Positions 30,257 through 41,442 are shown, counted from the first letter of the stretch. The stretch: DNA of 64,000 bases from Candidatus Pelagibacterales bacterium (GCA_965235415.1 CBDDXD010000002.1:93596-157595), one strand, 5' to 3'. Notes: generated by a model from the letters alone, not told the origin. Numbers and translations are program-made.

Positions 30257-32784
30257 TAGTAACAATATTAAGTAGTTTATTTTTTATAAAAATTTTTTTT
30301 ATTATATTTTTTTCTTCTAATATAACTTTAATATTTTTAATTGCTAAGGATTTGCTAAAAATATTTTCCTCACTTTCATTGTTAATAGCGTTGATAATTG
30401 CTCTTTTTTTACCATTTATTTGAATTACAATATCAAAATTATCTTTTTTTATAAGAGTATTTTCAATTTTAGGCCACTCTTGTGAACTTAGATTATTTTC
30501 TTTTGTAATTTTTTCCCAGCATTCGTTTGCGATGTAATGGAATAAAAGCAGATATAATAATTAAATATTTTTTATAAGCATTGATAATATCTTCTTCATT
30601 TAAAGTTTTTTTATCAATTTCTTCATTAAGATTATTTAAAAAAACATAAAGTTTAGCAACAGCTACATTAATATGAAATTTTTCTATACATTCTGTAATT
30701 TCTTTTATTAGAATATTTGTTTTAATTAAAAAACTATTATTATTTTCTTCTTTTTCTTTTTTATAAATTTTAATTTTTTCACAAACACGCCAAATTTTTT
30801 GTATATATTTAAATGCACCTTGGATACCGCTATCACTCCATTGAATATCTCGATCTGGAGGACTATCTGATAAAATAAACCATCTTACAGCATCTGCATC
30901 CATAAATTTTAATAATATCATCAGGATCAACAATATTTTTTTTAGACTTAGACATAGCTTGACTATCTCCTTTTAAAACTTTTTCTTTATTATCTAAAAA
31001 ATAAGATCCATCTTTTTCAATAACTTCTTTTGGAAAAACCCATTTTCCTTTTTCTGTTTTAAAGGTTGGATGACATACCATTCCTTGAGTAAAAAGATTT
31101 TCAAAAGGTTCAGAAACTTTTAATTTAAATTCATCTTGTAAGTGCTAAAGTAAAAAATCTTGAATATAAAAGATGAAGTATGGCATGCTCAACACCGCCA
31201 ATATATTGATCTACTGGCATCCAATAATTAGCTTCATCTATATTAAAAGGTTTTTCATTTTCTTTTGGTGAGCAGAAGCGAAGAAAATACCAAGAAGAAT
31301 CTACAAATGTATCAAGAGTATCAGTTTCACGAATAGCTTTCATTCCAGTTTCTGGACATTTTGTATATTTCCATGTGGGATGATTTTCTAATGGATTTCC
31401 TGGTTTGCTAAAATCTATATCTTTAGGCAGTTCTACAGGTAGATCTTTTTCTGGAACTAAAATAACCTTTCCATCTTCTCTATACATAATTGGAATTGGA
31501 CATCCCCAATATCTTTGTCTTGATATTCCCCAATCTTTAAGACGATAAATTATTTTAGAATTTCCTATTTTTTTTTCTTCTATTTTTTTAATAATATTTT
31601 TTTTTGCATCTTCAATACTTAAATCATTAAGAAAATCTGAATTAATAATATAACCATCCTCTGTATATGCCTGATCATTAATTATAATAGATTTAGACTT
31701 TATCAGGACTTACAACGGGAATTATTTCTAGATTATATTTTTTTGCAAATTCTAAATCTCTTTGATCATGTGCTGGACAACCAAATATAGCTCCAGTTCC
31801 ATAATCCATAAGTATAAAATTAGCTACATAAATTGGTATTTTTTTATTTAAAAAAGGATGTAATGCAAAAAATGGAGTTTTAAAACCTAATTTTTCATTT
31901 TTAGATAAAGATGATTCTGTGCCAATATTTTTTAAAGCAAGTTTTTTAAAATTTTGAAAATTTTTTTCATTTTTAAAATATTCAGTAAAAGGATGATCTG
32001 GAGCAATAGCAATAAATGAAGCTCCAAATATTGTATCTGGTCGTGTTGTAAAAATTTTAATTTTAGTATTTTTAAAATCTGAAATAAAATCAATTTCGCA
32101 ACCTATCAGATTTTCCAATCCAGTTTTTTTGCATTAACCTTACTTTTTCTGGCCAACCTTTTAAATTATCAAGAGATTTTAATAATTGATCTGAATATTT
32201 TGTAATATTTAAGAACCATTGATTTAATTCTTTTTTTTCAACAACTGCTCCAGATCTCCAACCTTTGCCATCAATCACTTGTTCATTTGCAAGAACTGTA
32301 TTGTCGATAGGATCCCAATTTACATAACTTTTTTTTTTATAAGCAATTCCTTTTTTAAAAAGAAAAGAAAATAAAATTTGTTGATGTTTATAATATGTAG
32401 CATCGCAAGTAGAAATTTCTTTATCCCAATCAATAGATAAGACCTAAGTCGTTTTAATTGCGATTTCATTGTTGAAATATTTTTTAATGTCCAATCTTTA
32501 GGATGTAGATTATTTTGTATAGCAGCATTTTCTGCAGGCAAACCAAAAGCATCCCAACCCATAGGATGCAAAACATTATAACCATTTAATCTTTTAAAAT
32601 TAGCTATAACATCACCAAGAGTATAATTTCTAACATGACCCATATGAATATTTCCTGATGGATAAGGAAACATTTCTAAACAATAAAATTTTTTATTTTT
32701 ATTTTTTTTAGTTTTAAAAATTTTATTTTTTTCAAAAAAATATTGCCATTTTTCTTCAATTGGAAGAGGATTGTAATTTTCCAT
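30246..32784 (-). CDS. leuS: Leucine--tRNA ligase (split by at least 6 frameshifts)
   Basis: Fragments in order: [101 protein letters not shown]. Confidence 0.97.
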
Positions 32785-32791
32785 TTTAAAA

Positions 32792-33365
32792 TTAAGTGCT
32801 ATTTTTGTTATCTTTTTTTGATTCTTCTATTTTTATTAGTCTTGCAGTTGAGATAATATGATTCTTTTATTTCATTAGTAAAATTATTATCTAATTTTTC
32901 AATTATAACATTTATCTAGATTATCACAAATTTTTTTATGAGCTAATAACTTTAATAGAATCTGATCTTAATTCATTACTTAAAAATCTTACTGAAATTT
33001 TTATTTGTTCATTTGATTTTCACCTTTGTCTGAATACCAATCATAAATTATTATCCCACCAGAATAATCAGCATTAACAAGAGGTAAAAAATCTAAACTT
33101 TTTAAGAGTTGCTCTCCATAAAACATTTGAAGTTGAAAATTCAAAAGTTTGTTCCGAGTATTTTTTTTACTAATATCTCCAAAAATACCACCACCTTTAT
33201 CTGCAAATTCTCTTGCTTTTTTTATCAGGATCAGGTTCTATAAGTAACTTTTTCACCAGTTATAGGGTCTGTTTTTGCAGCAATGATTTAATAGAATCAA
33301 TAAAATCAAATAAAAATAAAGAACATAAATTTATTAAAATGATTATATTTGAAAAATATTATATA
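32792..33365 (-). CDS. DUF3576-like protein (heavily frameshifted; start approximate)
   Basis: Manual translation across frames: [70 protein letters not shown]. Confidence 0.75.
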
Positions 33366-33542
33366 AAATATAGATATATTTAACTAAATATACTGTTGTA
33401 AAAATACAACACATATATTAATTAATTATTGCAATAATTCGATATTTATAAACAATAAATATAGTTAAATAATATAATTATCAAGTGTTAATTAAATAAT
33501 TATATTAATTAACTAAATTAATAACTAACAAAAAGGTAAAAA

Positions 33543-34663
33543 ATGAAAAAACTACTGTTAACAACTGCTCTTGCAGGTGCTTTAGTTAGCGTACATGCTG
33601 CATTTGCTCAAACAACAATAACTGGTGAGTCTAAGCTTGAACTTATCAAAGCTTAGCAAATTCTGCTACAGCTGGACACTAATGAACAGCTTACAAGGTT
33701 TTGGTAGCAGAACAGCAAATCAACGTTCAAACTAAAGGTAAATTAAATATTGGTGGCTTAGATTATGCTGCTGGATTTCGCTATAGAGAATGATGGTGAA
33801 TCAAACTGCTACTCTATTCAATGAAAACACTTACATGGACTTCACAAATGCAAGTTCAGGTACTACAATTTACTATTGGTAGAGACCACATTCAGAGATC
33901 AGACTCAGATAGATCAGCTACAGTACTTAGTTGGATTTGCTACCAAACGAGTTACTCTAGCTGATAGACGCTACAACAGCGTAACTACGTTTCAGCCAAA
34001 ACATTGGACCTGCAGTTGACAAGCTTATGGTAGTAGCATTATTACAAAAAACTCCAATTGGAACATTCTCATATAGTTCATATGCTCCAACAGCGGTGTT
34101 GACTGCAGCTGCTGTATGCATCTGGAGTTAACTGCAGCAAACACAAGGTTCAGAATCTAACAGCTGAATCGTGATGAACGAATCTGCTTATGAATATGGT
34201 TTCGCAGGTGATTTAGGTGTTAAAGGTTTGAATGCTTATTACTTCAAATCAGCAAATAAAAATCTTCAGGACGTGGTTAACAGACTAGTAGATGCAGAAG
34301 CTAATCAACTATGGTGTTAGCTACAACTTTGGTGCAATTCACAGTTGGTTAGCTGACAAGAAGATAACTATACAAACTCGCTGGAACAGCTTAACTGTTG
34401 AACTAATGACATACAGAAACAGCATATGGTGTTGCTTATGCAGTAAATAAAGAATCTATCTATTGGTGCTATTTATGCAAAAGCTGAATTAGCTACAGGA
34501 ACTATCAACAGCTGACTCAAAAAATTAAAGCAATTCAACGTTGGTTATAACTTAGGACCAGTATGCTTTAACAGTTGGTTATGCATAAAACTGAAGATGT
34601 CAGGTGGCACAGCTGGTGCTGATAAGAGTCATAGTTATGGTCAGATTACTTGGAGCGTTTTAA
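33543..34663 (+). CDS. Major outer-membrane porin (many indels; not in ORF track)
   Basis: Signal peptide MKKLLLTTALAGALVSVHAAFAQTTITG; fragments EQQINVQTKGKLN, ESAYEYGFAGDLGVKGLNAYYFK, YGVAYAVNK; ends VMVRLLGAF* with C-terminal Phe. Visibly higher GC than the flanks; followed by a strong terminator. Confidence 0.85.
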
Positions 34664-34693
34664 TTTAATTAATTATATAATTATTAATTAAAT

Positions 34694-34729
34694 AAGCCCG
34701 CTTACTAGAAATAGTAAGCGGGCTTTTTT
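34694..34729 (+). terminator. Intrinsic terminator after porin
   Basis: 14-bp perfect stem AAGCCCGCTTACTA-GAAA-TAGTAAGCGGGCTT followed by a T run. Confidence 0.92.
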
Positions 34730-34746
34730 ATTTGTAATTTATCTAT

Positions 34747-35293
34747 TTATATCCAAGATTTAACACCTACAGACATTGCTTTTGTTAAATTTATTTTTTT
34801 AATATTTGTTTAATTAATACCTCCTAAAGCACAAATGTTAGTTTTCCAATTTATAGAAATTAAATTAAATTTAATAGGATTTAATATTTTATTTTGTGAA
34901 TATTTATTGTTATAAAAAATCGGTGATAACATAATTGTTTTGCAGTTTTGTTTATTTTTTGATAAAGTATTCAAATTGATTATGAGCAGATCCTATTAAT
35001 ATTAAATTTTATTTTTTAAATAAATATTAATTAATTTTTTATTATTTACTAGATAAAAATATACCATGAGCTTTATAATTTATTGCAATTTATAATTATC
35101 GTTAAAATATAAAAAGGAATTCTGATTTTTTTTGCAAAATTTATTAATATATTATGCAAGTTTTAAGTATTTGTTTATTAATTGTAATATTTAAATATTA
35201 GATAAGTTCTTATATATTTTAAGTATATTTTTTATTATTATTTCATTTAAATTCATCAATAAAGATATAATATTTATAATTTAATGTATTCAT
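34747..35293 (-). CDS. Thiamine phosphate synthase (TMP-TENI)-like protein, frameshifted
   Basis: C-terminal fragment ...ICALGGIN..IKKINLTKAMSVGVKSWI* and MLSPIF motif; ends approximate. Confidence 0.55.
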
Positions 35294-35937
35294 GTAATAT
35301 ATCTATATAATTATAAAAATAATTAAAGAAAGAAATCAAATATTACTAAATAAATACAAATTTAATTAGTTGTAACTAAAAATCAAACTTTTGATAAAAT
35401 TAAATCTATTAATTAAATATGGTCATTATGATTTTGGAGAAAATAAAGTGCAAGAAGCTAAAGAAAAATGGTCAGATATTTATAAATAGTAATAAAAATA
35501 TAAAACTTCATTTAATTGGTAAACTTACAATCTAATAAAGCTAAAGATGCTTTTGCATTATTTAATTTTATTCACTCCTTAGATAATGAAAAATTAGCTA
35601 ATAAATTTTCTGAATTTGAAAAAAATTTCTAAAAAAAGTTAAATATTTTATTCAAGTTAATATTGGTAATGAAGATCAAAAAAATGGAATTAATGATGTC
35701 ATCTATTAGATGATTTTGTTAATTTTTGTAAAAATGATTTAAATTTAAATATTATAGGATTAATGTGCATTCCTCCAATTAATTTAGATCCTGAGATCAT
35801 TTTTTAAAAAAATGAAATATCTTAATGTTGAAAATAATCTTAACAGAACTTAGTATGGGAATGTCATCATGATTATAAAGATAGCAATAAATTGTGGATC
35901 TACTTTTGTAAGAATTGGTTCTGCTATATTTAAATAG
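35292..35937 (+). CDS. yggS: PLP homeostasis protein YggS/PLPBP (frameshifted)
   Basis: Fragments VVTKNQ, DFGENKVQEAKEKW, LHLIGKLQSNK, FIHSLD, QVNIGNEDQK.GI, GLMCIPP, LSMGMS, GSTFVRIGSAIF. Confidence 0.9.
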
Positions 35938-35944
35938 ATATTAA

Positions 35945-36442
35945 TTAGCCAATTTTGATTTTAGTATTTTTTTTAATTATTAGATAATAATTTTAATAAA
36001 TCATTTTTTTTTAAAGCAATACATCCTTTAGTTTTTTTATAATTTTTTTTTGCTATATGTAATAAATATAGCGCTACCTTTATTTTTTATATGTGGGATT
36101 TATATTATAATTTAATAACTACATATTATATCGTAAATATTGTCTTTTCGATATAATTTTTCATGACTAAATTTATTAGGTAATTTTATTTGTTTATTAT
36201 AATAATCACTTTTAGGATCATCACACCATCCCATATTTTTTTTAATTTTAATTTTTTTTAATTTGAGTTTTAATTTTTTTAATTCTATCTGTTCTGTAGT
36301 AAATTTTTATTATTTTAAATGTTCCTTTAGGAGTTATATTGTCACCTTCTTTTATTTTTTTTTTAATACCAGCTTTTCCTAAAGCACAACGAAATTTAAA
36401 ATTTTTATATTTTAAATATCCAGATTTTTTTACAATAATCAT
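35945..36442 (-). CDS. L,D-transpeptidase (YkuD-like) family protein, frameshifted
   Basis: FRCALGKAGI..KEGDNITPKGTF, GWCDDP, LYRKDNIYD, KGSAIFIHIA..YKKTKGCIAL (H...C catalytic motif). Confidence 0.82.
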
Positions 36443-36466
36443 ATTAAATGTATTATATATTTATTT

Positions 36467-37103
36467 ATGAATAATATTCATCTTCATATTATTGGATCAA
36501 AATCTTTTTATTAATTTATTAAATGAATTAGATCTTAATTATAATATTAGTTCTGATAATAAATCTAAAATATAATAATAAAGATTTATTAGTTAGAATT
36601 ATTTTTGCTGAAAAATTACAATTAATTGAAATTAAAAAATATTTTATTAGAAAATATTCCAACTATTTTTTTATTAAATAATAAAGATTTTTTAATAAAA
36701 AATAAATTAAATTTATTAGAATTTCATGTATCTTTATTTATTCCTATTGAAATTTTATCTTTTAAAGAAATATTAAATATTTTAATTACAAAATATAATT
36801 TTTTTAAAAAATCTAAAATTATTATTAATGATTATGAAATAGATTCTAATCAAAGAGTTATTATGAAAAATAGTATTAAAGTTAAACTTACAGAAAAAGA
36901 ATTAGAATTAATTTTAATCTTAAATAAAAATAATGGCTTAAATAAATCTTTTTTATTAAAAAATATATGGAATCATAGTTCAGATTTAGAAAGCACATGC
37001 TTTTGAAACTCATTTACATAGATTAAGAAAAAAAATAAATAAATTTTTTAAAGATAAAAAATTTATTATAGAAAAAAATTCTTTATATTATTTATCTAAA
37101 TAA
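36467..37103 (+). CDS. OmpR/PhoB-type winged-helix transcription regulator (frameshifted)
   Basis: KLTEKELELI, LLKNIWNH, then shifted ETHLHRLRKKI. The N-terminal region lacks recognisable receiver motifs. Confidence 0.78.
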
Positions 37104-37111
37104 TTATTAAT

Positions 37112-38064
37112 TTATTCTAATCTTGCTCCAATTTTTTGAATTATTTTTGAAGCAAGTATTGATCCAGTTATTAGACATTTTTTAATATCAGATTTTTCTA
37201 AATATTCTTTTAAAAATCCTGCAGCAAATAAATCTCCAGCACCAGTTAAATCTAATATTTTATCAACTTTTATACTTTCACAATTTATAATTTCATTATT
37301 TTTAATAGCTACACTTCCATTTTCACTTCTTGTTATAACTATTAATTTATTAAATTTTTTTAATTGATTTATAGAATCTAATAAATTTTTTTTATTTGTT
37401 AATTCATTTATTTCATTTTCATTTCCTATTAATATATCTAAATCATTTTTAAGTAAGTTTATAAAAATCTTCTTTATGTCTAGTTACACAAAAAATATCA
37501 GACAAACTCATTGCAATTTTTATTTTATTTTTTTTTGCTATATTTATTACATGTTTAAACATTTTTTCACTTATTCCTTTATCCCAAAGATATCCTTCTA
37601 AAAAAATTAATTCATGATTCTATAATATTATTTTCATTTATATCGTTATCTGAAAGATGTGATGATATTCCAAGATAAGTACACATAGTTCTTTCTGAGT
37701 CAGGAGTAATTAAAATGATAGATGCGCCTGTAGATAAATTTTCATTTTTTTCAATGTAAGAAAAATTTACATTTATATCTTCTAAGACTTTTTTTATATA
37801 ATTTCTCCAAAATTATCAGAATTAATTTTTCCAATAAAAGATGGATTTCCTTTAAGATAAGCAATTCCAGCCATAGTATTTGCAACAGAACCTCCTGCTA
37901 CAATTTTTTCAATTTTAATATTTTTTTTAAGATCTTCAAATTCAGATTTATTAATCAGTTTCATAGAGCCTTTAATAAGATTATTTTTTTATTAAAAATT
38001 CATCATCTACTTTTGCAAGTACATCAACAATTGCATTTCCTATTCCTAATATTTTTTTATTCAT
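37112..38064 (-). CDS. PfkB family carbohydrate/adenosine kinase (frameshifted)
   Basis: MNKKILGIGNAIVD, VAGGSVANTMAGIA, TPDSERTMCTYLG, DLTGAGDLFAAGF, GARLE*. Confidence 0.88.
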
Positions 38065-38695
38065 TTTTTTCTTTGTATAGACAAATTTTATTAATTACAC
38101 ATTTTTTACATAATGGATTTCTAGATTTACAGGTATATCTTCCATGCAAAAGTATTAAATGATGAGCTTTTTTTATATGTTTTTTAGGTAATATTTTTAA
38201 AAGTTGATTTTCAACTTGTTCAGGATTTTTACCATTAGAAAGACCAGTTCTATTACTAACTCTAAAAACATGAGTATCTACAGCAATAGTTGGTTTATTA
38301 AATGCAGCATTTAAAACTACATTAGCTGTTTTTCTACCAACTCCAGGAAGAAGTATTAATTCTTCAAATTTATTTGGAACTTTACTTTGATATTTTTCTA
38401 ATAAAATTTTAGATAAATAATATAAATTTTTAGCTTTATTATTAAATAGTCCTATACTTTTAATAAGATTTCTTATTTTATTTATTCCAAGATCTACAAA
38501 ATGTTTAGGAGTATAATATTTTTTATATATATTTTTAGTAACATTATTTACATTAACATCAGTGCATTGCGCTGAAAGAACAACAGAAGTTAATAGAGTA
38601 AATTTATTTCTATATTTTAAAGATGTTTTTGGATTTTTTATTGATTTATTTAATAATTTAATAAGTTCTAAAGCTTTATTTTTATTTAAAAGCAT
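38057..38695 (-). CDS. nth: Endonuclease III
   Basis: VVLSAQCTD, HhH LPGVGRKTANVVL, VDTHVFRV, C-x6-C-x2-C-x5-C cluster motif. Confidence 0.98.
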   Translation of the reverse strand: MLLNKNKALELIKLLNKSIKNPKTSLKYRNKFTLLTSVVLSAQCTDVNVNNVTKNIYKKYYTPKHFVDLGINKIRNLIKSIGLFNNKAKNLYYLSKILLEKYQSKVPNKFEELILLPGVGRKTANVVLNAAFNKPTIAVDTHVFRVSNRTGLSNGKNPEQVENQLLKILPKKHIKKAHHLILLHGRYTCKSRNPLCKKCVINKICLYKEKNE

Positions 38696-38721
38696 TAAAA
38701 TAATTTAAAAAATTTAATAAT

Positions 38722-39496
38722 TTATTTTAGACTAAACATATCTTGCATATTAAATAAGCCTTTATTTTTTTTACTTATCCATATAGCAGCATTTAATGCT
38801 CCATCAGCAAAAAGTTCTCTTGAAAAAGCAGTATGTTTTAATTCTATATTTTCTATTTTATTATTAAAAAGTACTGAATGTTTGCCAATAGTATTTCCTT
38901 TTCTTGTAATAAAAAAATTAATTTTATTTTTTTGCAAATTACCTTTTTTATTTAAAAACATTTTTCCTTTTATTGATTCTAAGTTTTTATTTTTACCTTT
39001 AGATACTGCATTTGCTAACATTAATGCTGTTCCTGATGGATAATCAATTTTTTTTTTGTGATGATTATCATTAATTCCAATATGATAATCATTAGGAATT
39101 TTTTTTGATAGAATATTAACAATATATTCTAAGAAGATTAATACCTAAACTCATATTACCTGATTTAAATATAGCAATTTTTTTTGAGTAATTTTTAATT
39201 AAATTATTTTGTTTTTTAGTAAAACCTGTTGTTCCAATTACAATTTTTTTTTTTAATTTTTTTGCATAATTTAAAATTTCAAGGGAAGCTTTGGGTCTTG
39301 AAAAATCAATAATAACATCAGTTTTTTTAAAAGCTTCTAAGTTATTTTTTTGTATCTTAATTCCACTTATAGTTTTTCCAGATTTTAAATCTGTTAAGCT
39401 AAATAATTTTAGATTTTTATTTTTTGATATTCTTTTAATTAGAATTTTTCCCATTCTTCCAAGAGCACCAGAGATTGTAATATTAATTTTTTTCAT
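38722..39496 (-). CDS. dapB: 4-hydroxy-tetrahydrodipicolinate reductase, copy 1 (full length; frameshift near 39130)
   Basis: ISGALGRMG, VIIDFS, VIGTTG, SGNMSLGINLL, HHKKKIDYPSGTA, HTAFSRELFADGA...MQDMFSLK*. Confidence 0.93.
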
Positions 39497-39586
39497 TAAT
39501 TACCACTCCAAAACTTTTTAGCTTTATTTATAAAATTTTTTATTTCTGAATTGTTATTTAAATCTTCTAAAGATTTAAATTTTTCG
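38746..39586 (+). repeat. 841-bp direct repeat, copy A (dnaJ last about 30 codons + dapB)
   Basis: Aligns by eye to 41443-42283 with 12 substitutions and 2 single-base indels. Confidence 0.97.
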
Positions 39587-41360
39587 TATAAAGTTGAGAA
39601 TTAAATAATGTTGAATTGCCTTTCTCTATTGAAAGCCTTTGTTTGATTTCTAATATTTTTCTATTATCATTTGAAAGTTTGACAGCTAAATCTTCATATT
39701 CTTTTTCTGAATAAGTTATTAATTCCCTCATGTTCATGGAGCTTAATAAACTTGCCGAAACTCTAGAAGCAAAGCTTTCTCCGGCAAGAGTTAATAAAGG
39801 AGTTCCAGCCCACAAAACATCGTTCGCAGTAGTATGTGCACTACATGGAAATGTATCTAGAAATAAGTCAGCAAGTTTATATCTATTTAAATTTTCTCCA
39901 ATATTAACCCTTTTAGTAAAAATTATTCTTTTGGGATTTATGTTTTTATTTGTGGCTTCAGATTTTAGATTATTTAATGGCTTGAGTATTGTCTGATAGT
40001 AACCATAAGACACTATTAGTGTTTCTTTTTTAAAATATTCATCCATGTATTAAAAATATATGGATTGATTTTTATTATATTATTAAAGCAACAAAAAATA
40101 AATTTGTTCTCTGGTAAATTGTAATCTTTTTTAAATAAATTATTTACAATACTTTCTCGCTTTTGGTCACTTACTTGATAGCTATTAGGTAAATAAATTA
40201 TTTTTTCCGAATAAAATTTTATGACTCTGATTAGGTATTAAAATCTTATCAGCTATTATATAATTTACGTAGTTAGTCCCCATAGTATTAGGAAAAGCTA
40301 AATAATTAATTTGTATTGGTGCTGCGTTTAATGCAAAAATGTTAGGCCTGCAATTTTTTATAAAACCATTTACATCGATAGCTATATCAAGATTTATTTT
40401 GTTACAAAACCTAGCTACCTTGTGATCGGAAATTGAAGAAATGTTATAGAATTTTGTTGCAGCATTTTTTATTCTATTTAACTTACCGTCAATTTTATTA
40501 CCAAAATAGAATATAAATAAATCAAATTTAGTTTTGTCGTGATATTCAAATAACTCAGGTATTAAATATCCAGTAGGATGAGAGTTGTTAAAATCACTTG
40601 AAAAGTACCCAATCTTAATTTTATTATTAGTGTGAGTACTTTTTGTTGGAGCATTAATCTTTGGAAAATTTTTAGTTGAGTAATCTTTAATGACTGTGCT
40701 TTGTATTTCTAAAGAATCAAATAAAAATACAATATCTAGCGGTTTAGAAACTTGTTTTTTTTTTATATTATTTCTAATAAATGTTGAATGTGGAAAATTA
40801 TTTTCATTTACAGCTAGACTTGTAAAAATTAATTTATTCTCATAATAGGTAGGGATAGTCAGGTTTTAATTTTAAAAGCTGATTATAGAATATAACGCAT
40901 CATCGTATTTTTTTGAAATTTCAAGTAATTCAGCCAGATTATAATAGGCATCATAAAAATTCTTATCAAATAATATTGCTTTATTATAACAATCTAAAGC
41001 TAAGTTAAAATTAGATGTAATTTTATATATTTGAGCTAAATTAAAAAATCCAATAGCATAATTTTCTTTTAATTCAATTGCATTTTTATAAAACTTAATT
41101 GCTTGATCGTACTTTTTTAATTCTTTAAATATAAATCCGAGGTTGTTGTAAGCAGAAAAATTTTTCGGATTAATTGAGATTGAATCTTTTATTAATTTAA
41201 TTGATTCAAAATATTTTTTTTTTGAGAAAAAAATAATTCCTAAAAGATTTTTCGCCTGAAAATTTTTTGGTTCATTTTTAATAATTTTTTGATAAATATT
41301 CTCTGCTTTTTCTAAAAAACCATCTTTATGAAATTTAATAGCCTCCTCTAACAAATCCAT
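39567..41360 (-). CDS. TPR-repeat + SPINDLY/O-GlcNAc transferase-like glycosyltransferase (GT41), frameshifted
   Basis: About 4-5 N-terminal TPRs (AYNNLG, AYYNLA). Manual translation gives KIGYFSSDFNNSHPTG, DIAIDVNG, APIQINYLAFPNTMG, FCCFNNIIKINP, DLFLDTFPCSAHTTANDVLWAGTP, GESFASRVSASLL. Confidence 0.88.
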
Positions 41361-41387
41361 TTTAAAAGTTCATAAAATTTTAAATTT

Positions 41388-41442
41388 TTATCCGCTCCAA
41401 AATTTTTTAGCTTTATTAATAAAATTTTTAATTTCTGAATTA
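41388..41442 (-). pseudogene. Orphan diverged dnaJ 3' tail (17 codons + stop)
   Basis: AAT TCA GAA ATT AAA AAT TTT ATT AAT AAA GCT AAA AAA TTT TGG AGC GGA TAA = [17 protein letters not shown], matching the DnaJ C-terminus with 5 synonymous differences. Confidence 0.9.

Noticed and set aside
30246-32784. leuS as a split gene or programmed frameshifting case
   Set aside because: There are too many breaks, the same pattern occurs in unrelated neighbours, and no consistent slippery motif is present; sequencing error is the simpler explanation.
39048-39254. Poly-T(10-11) tracts in dapB as phase-variation switches
   Set aside because: They encode Lys runs, have equivalent lengths in both copies, and the observed frameshifts are not in these tracts.
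41392-41401. CCGCTCCAAA matches the tRNA-Gly 3' end (possible attL/attR)
   Set aside because: Only 10 bp, in the opposite orientation, 36 kb away, and fully explained by the TTT TGG AGC GGA codons of the orphan dnaJ tail.
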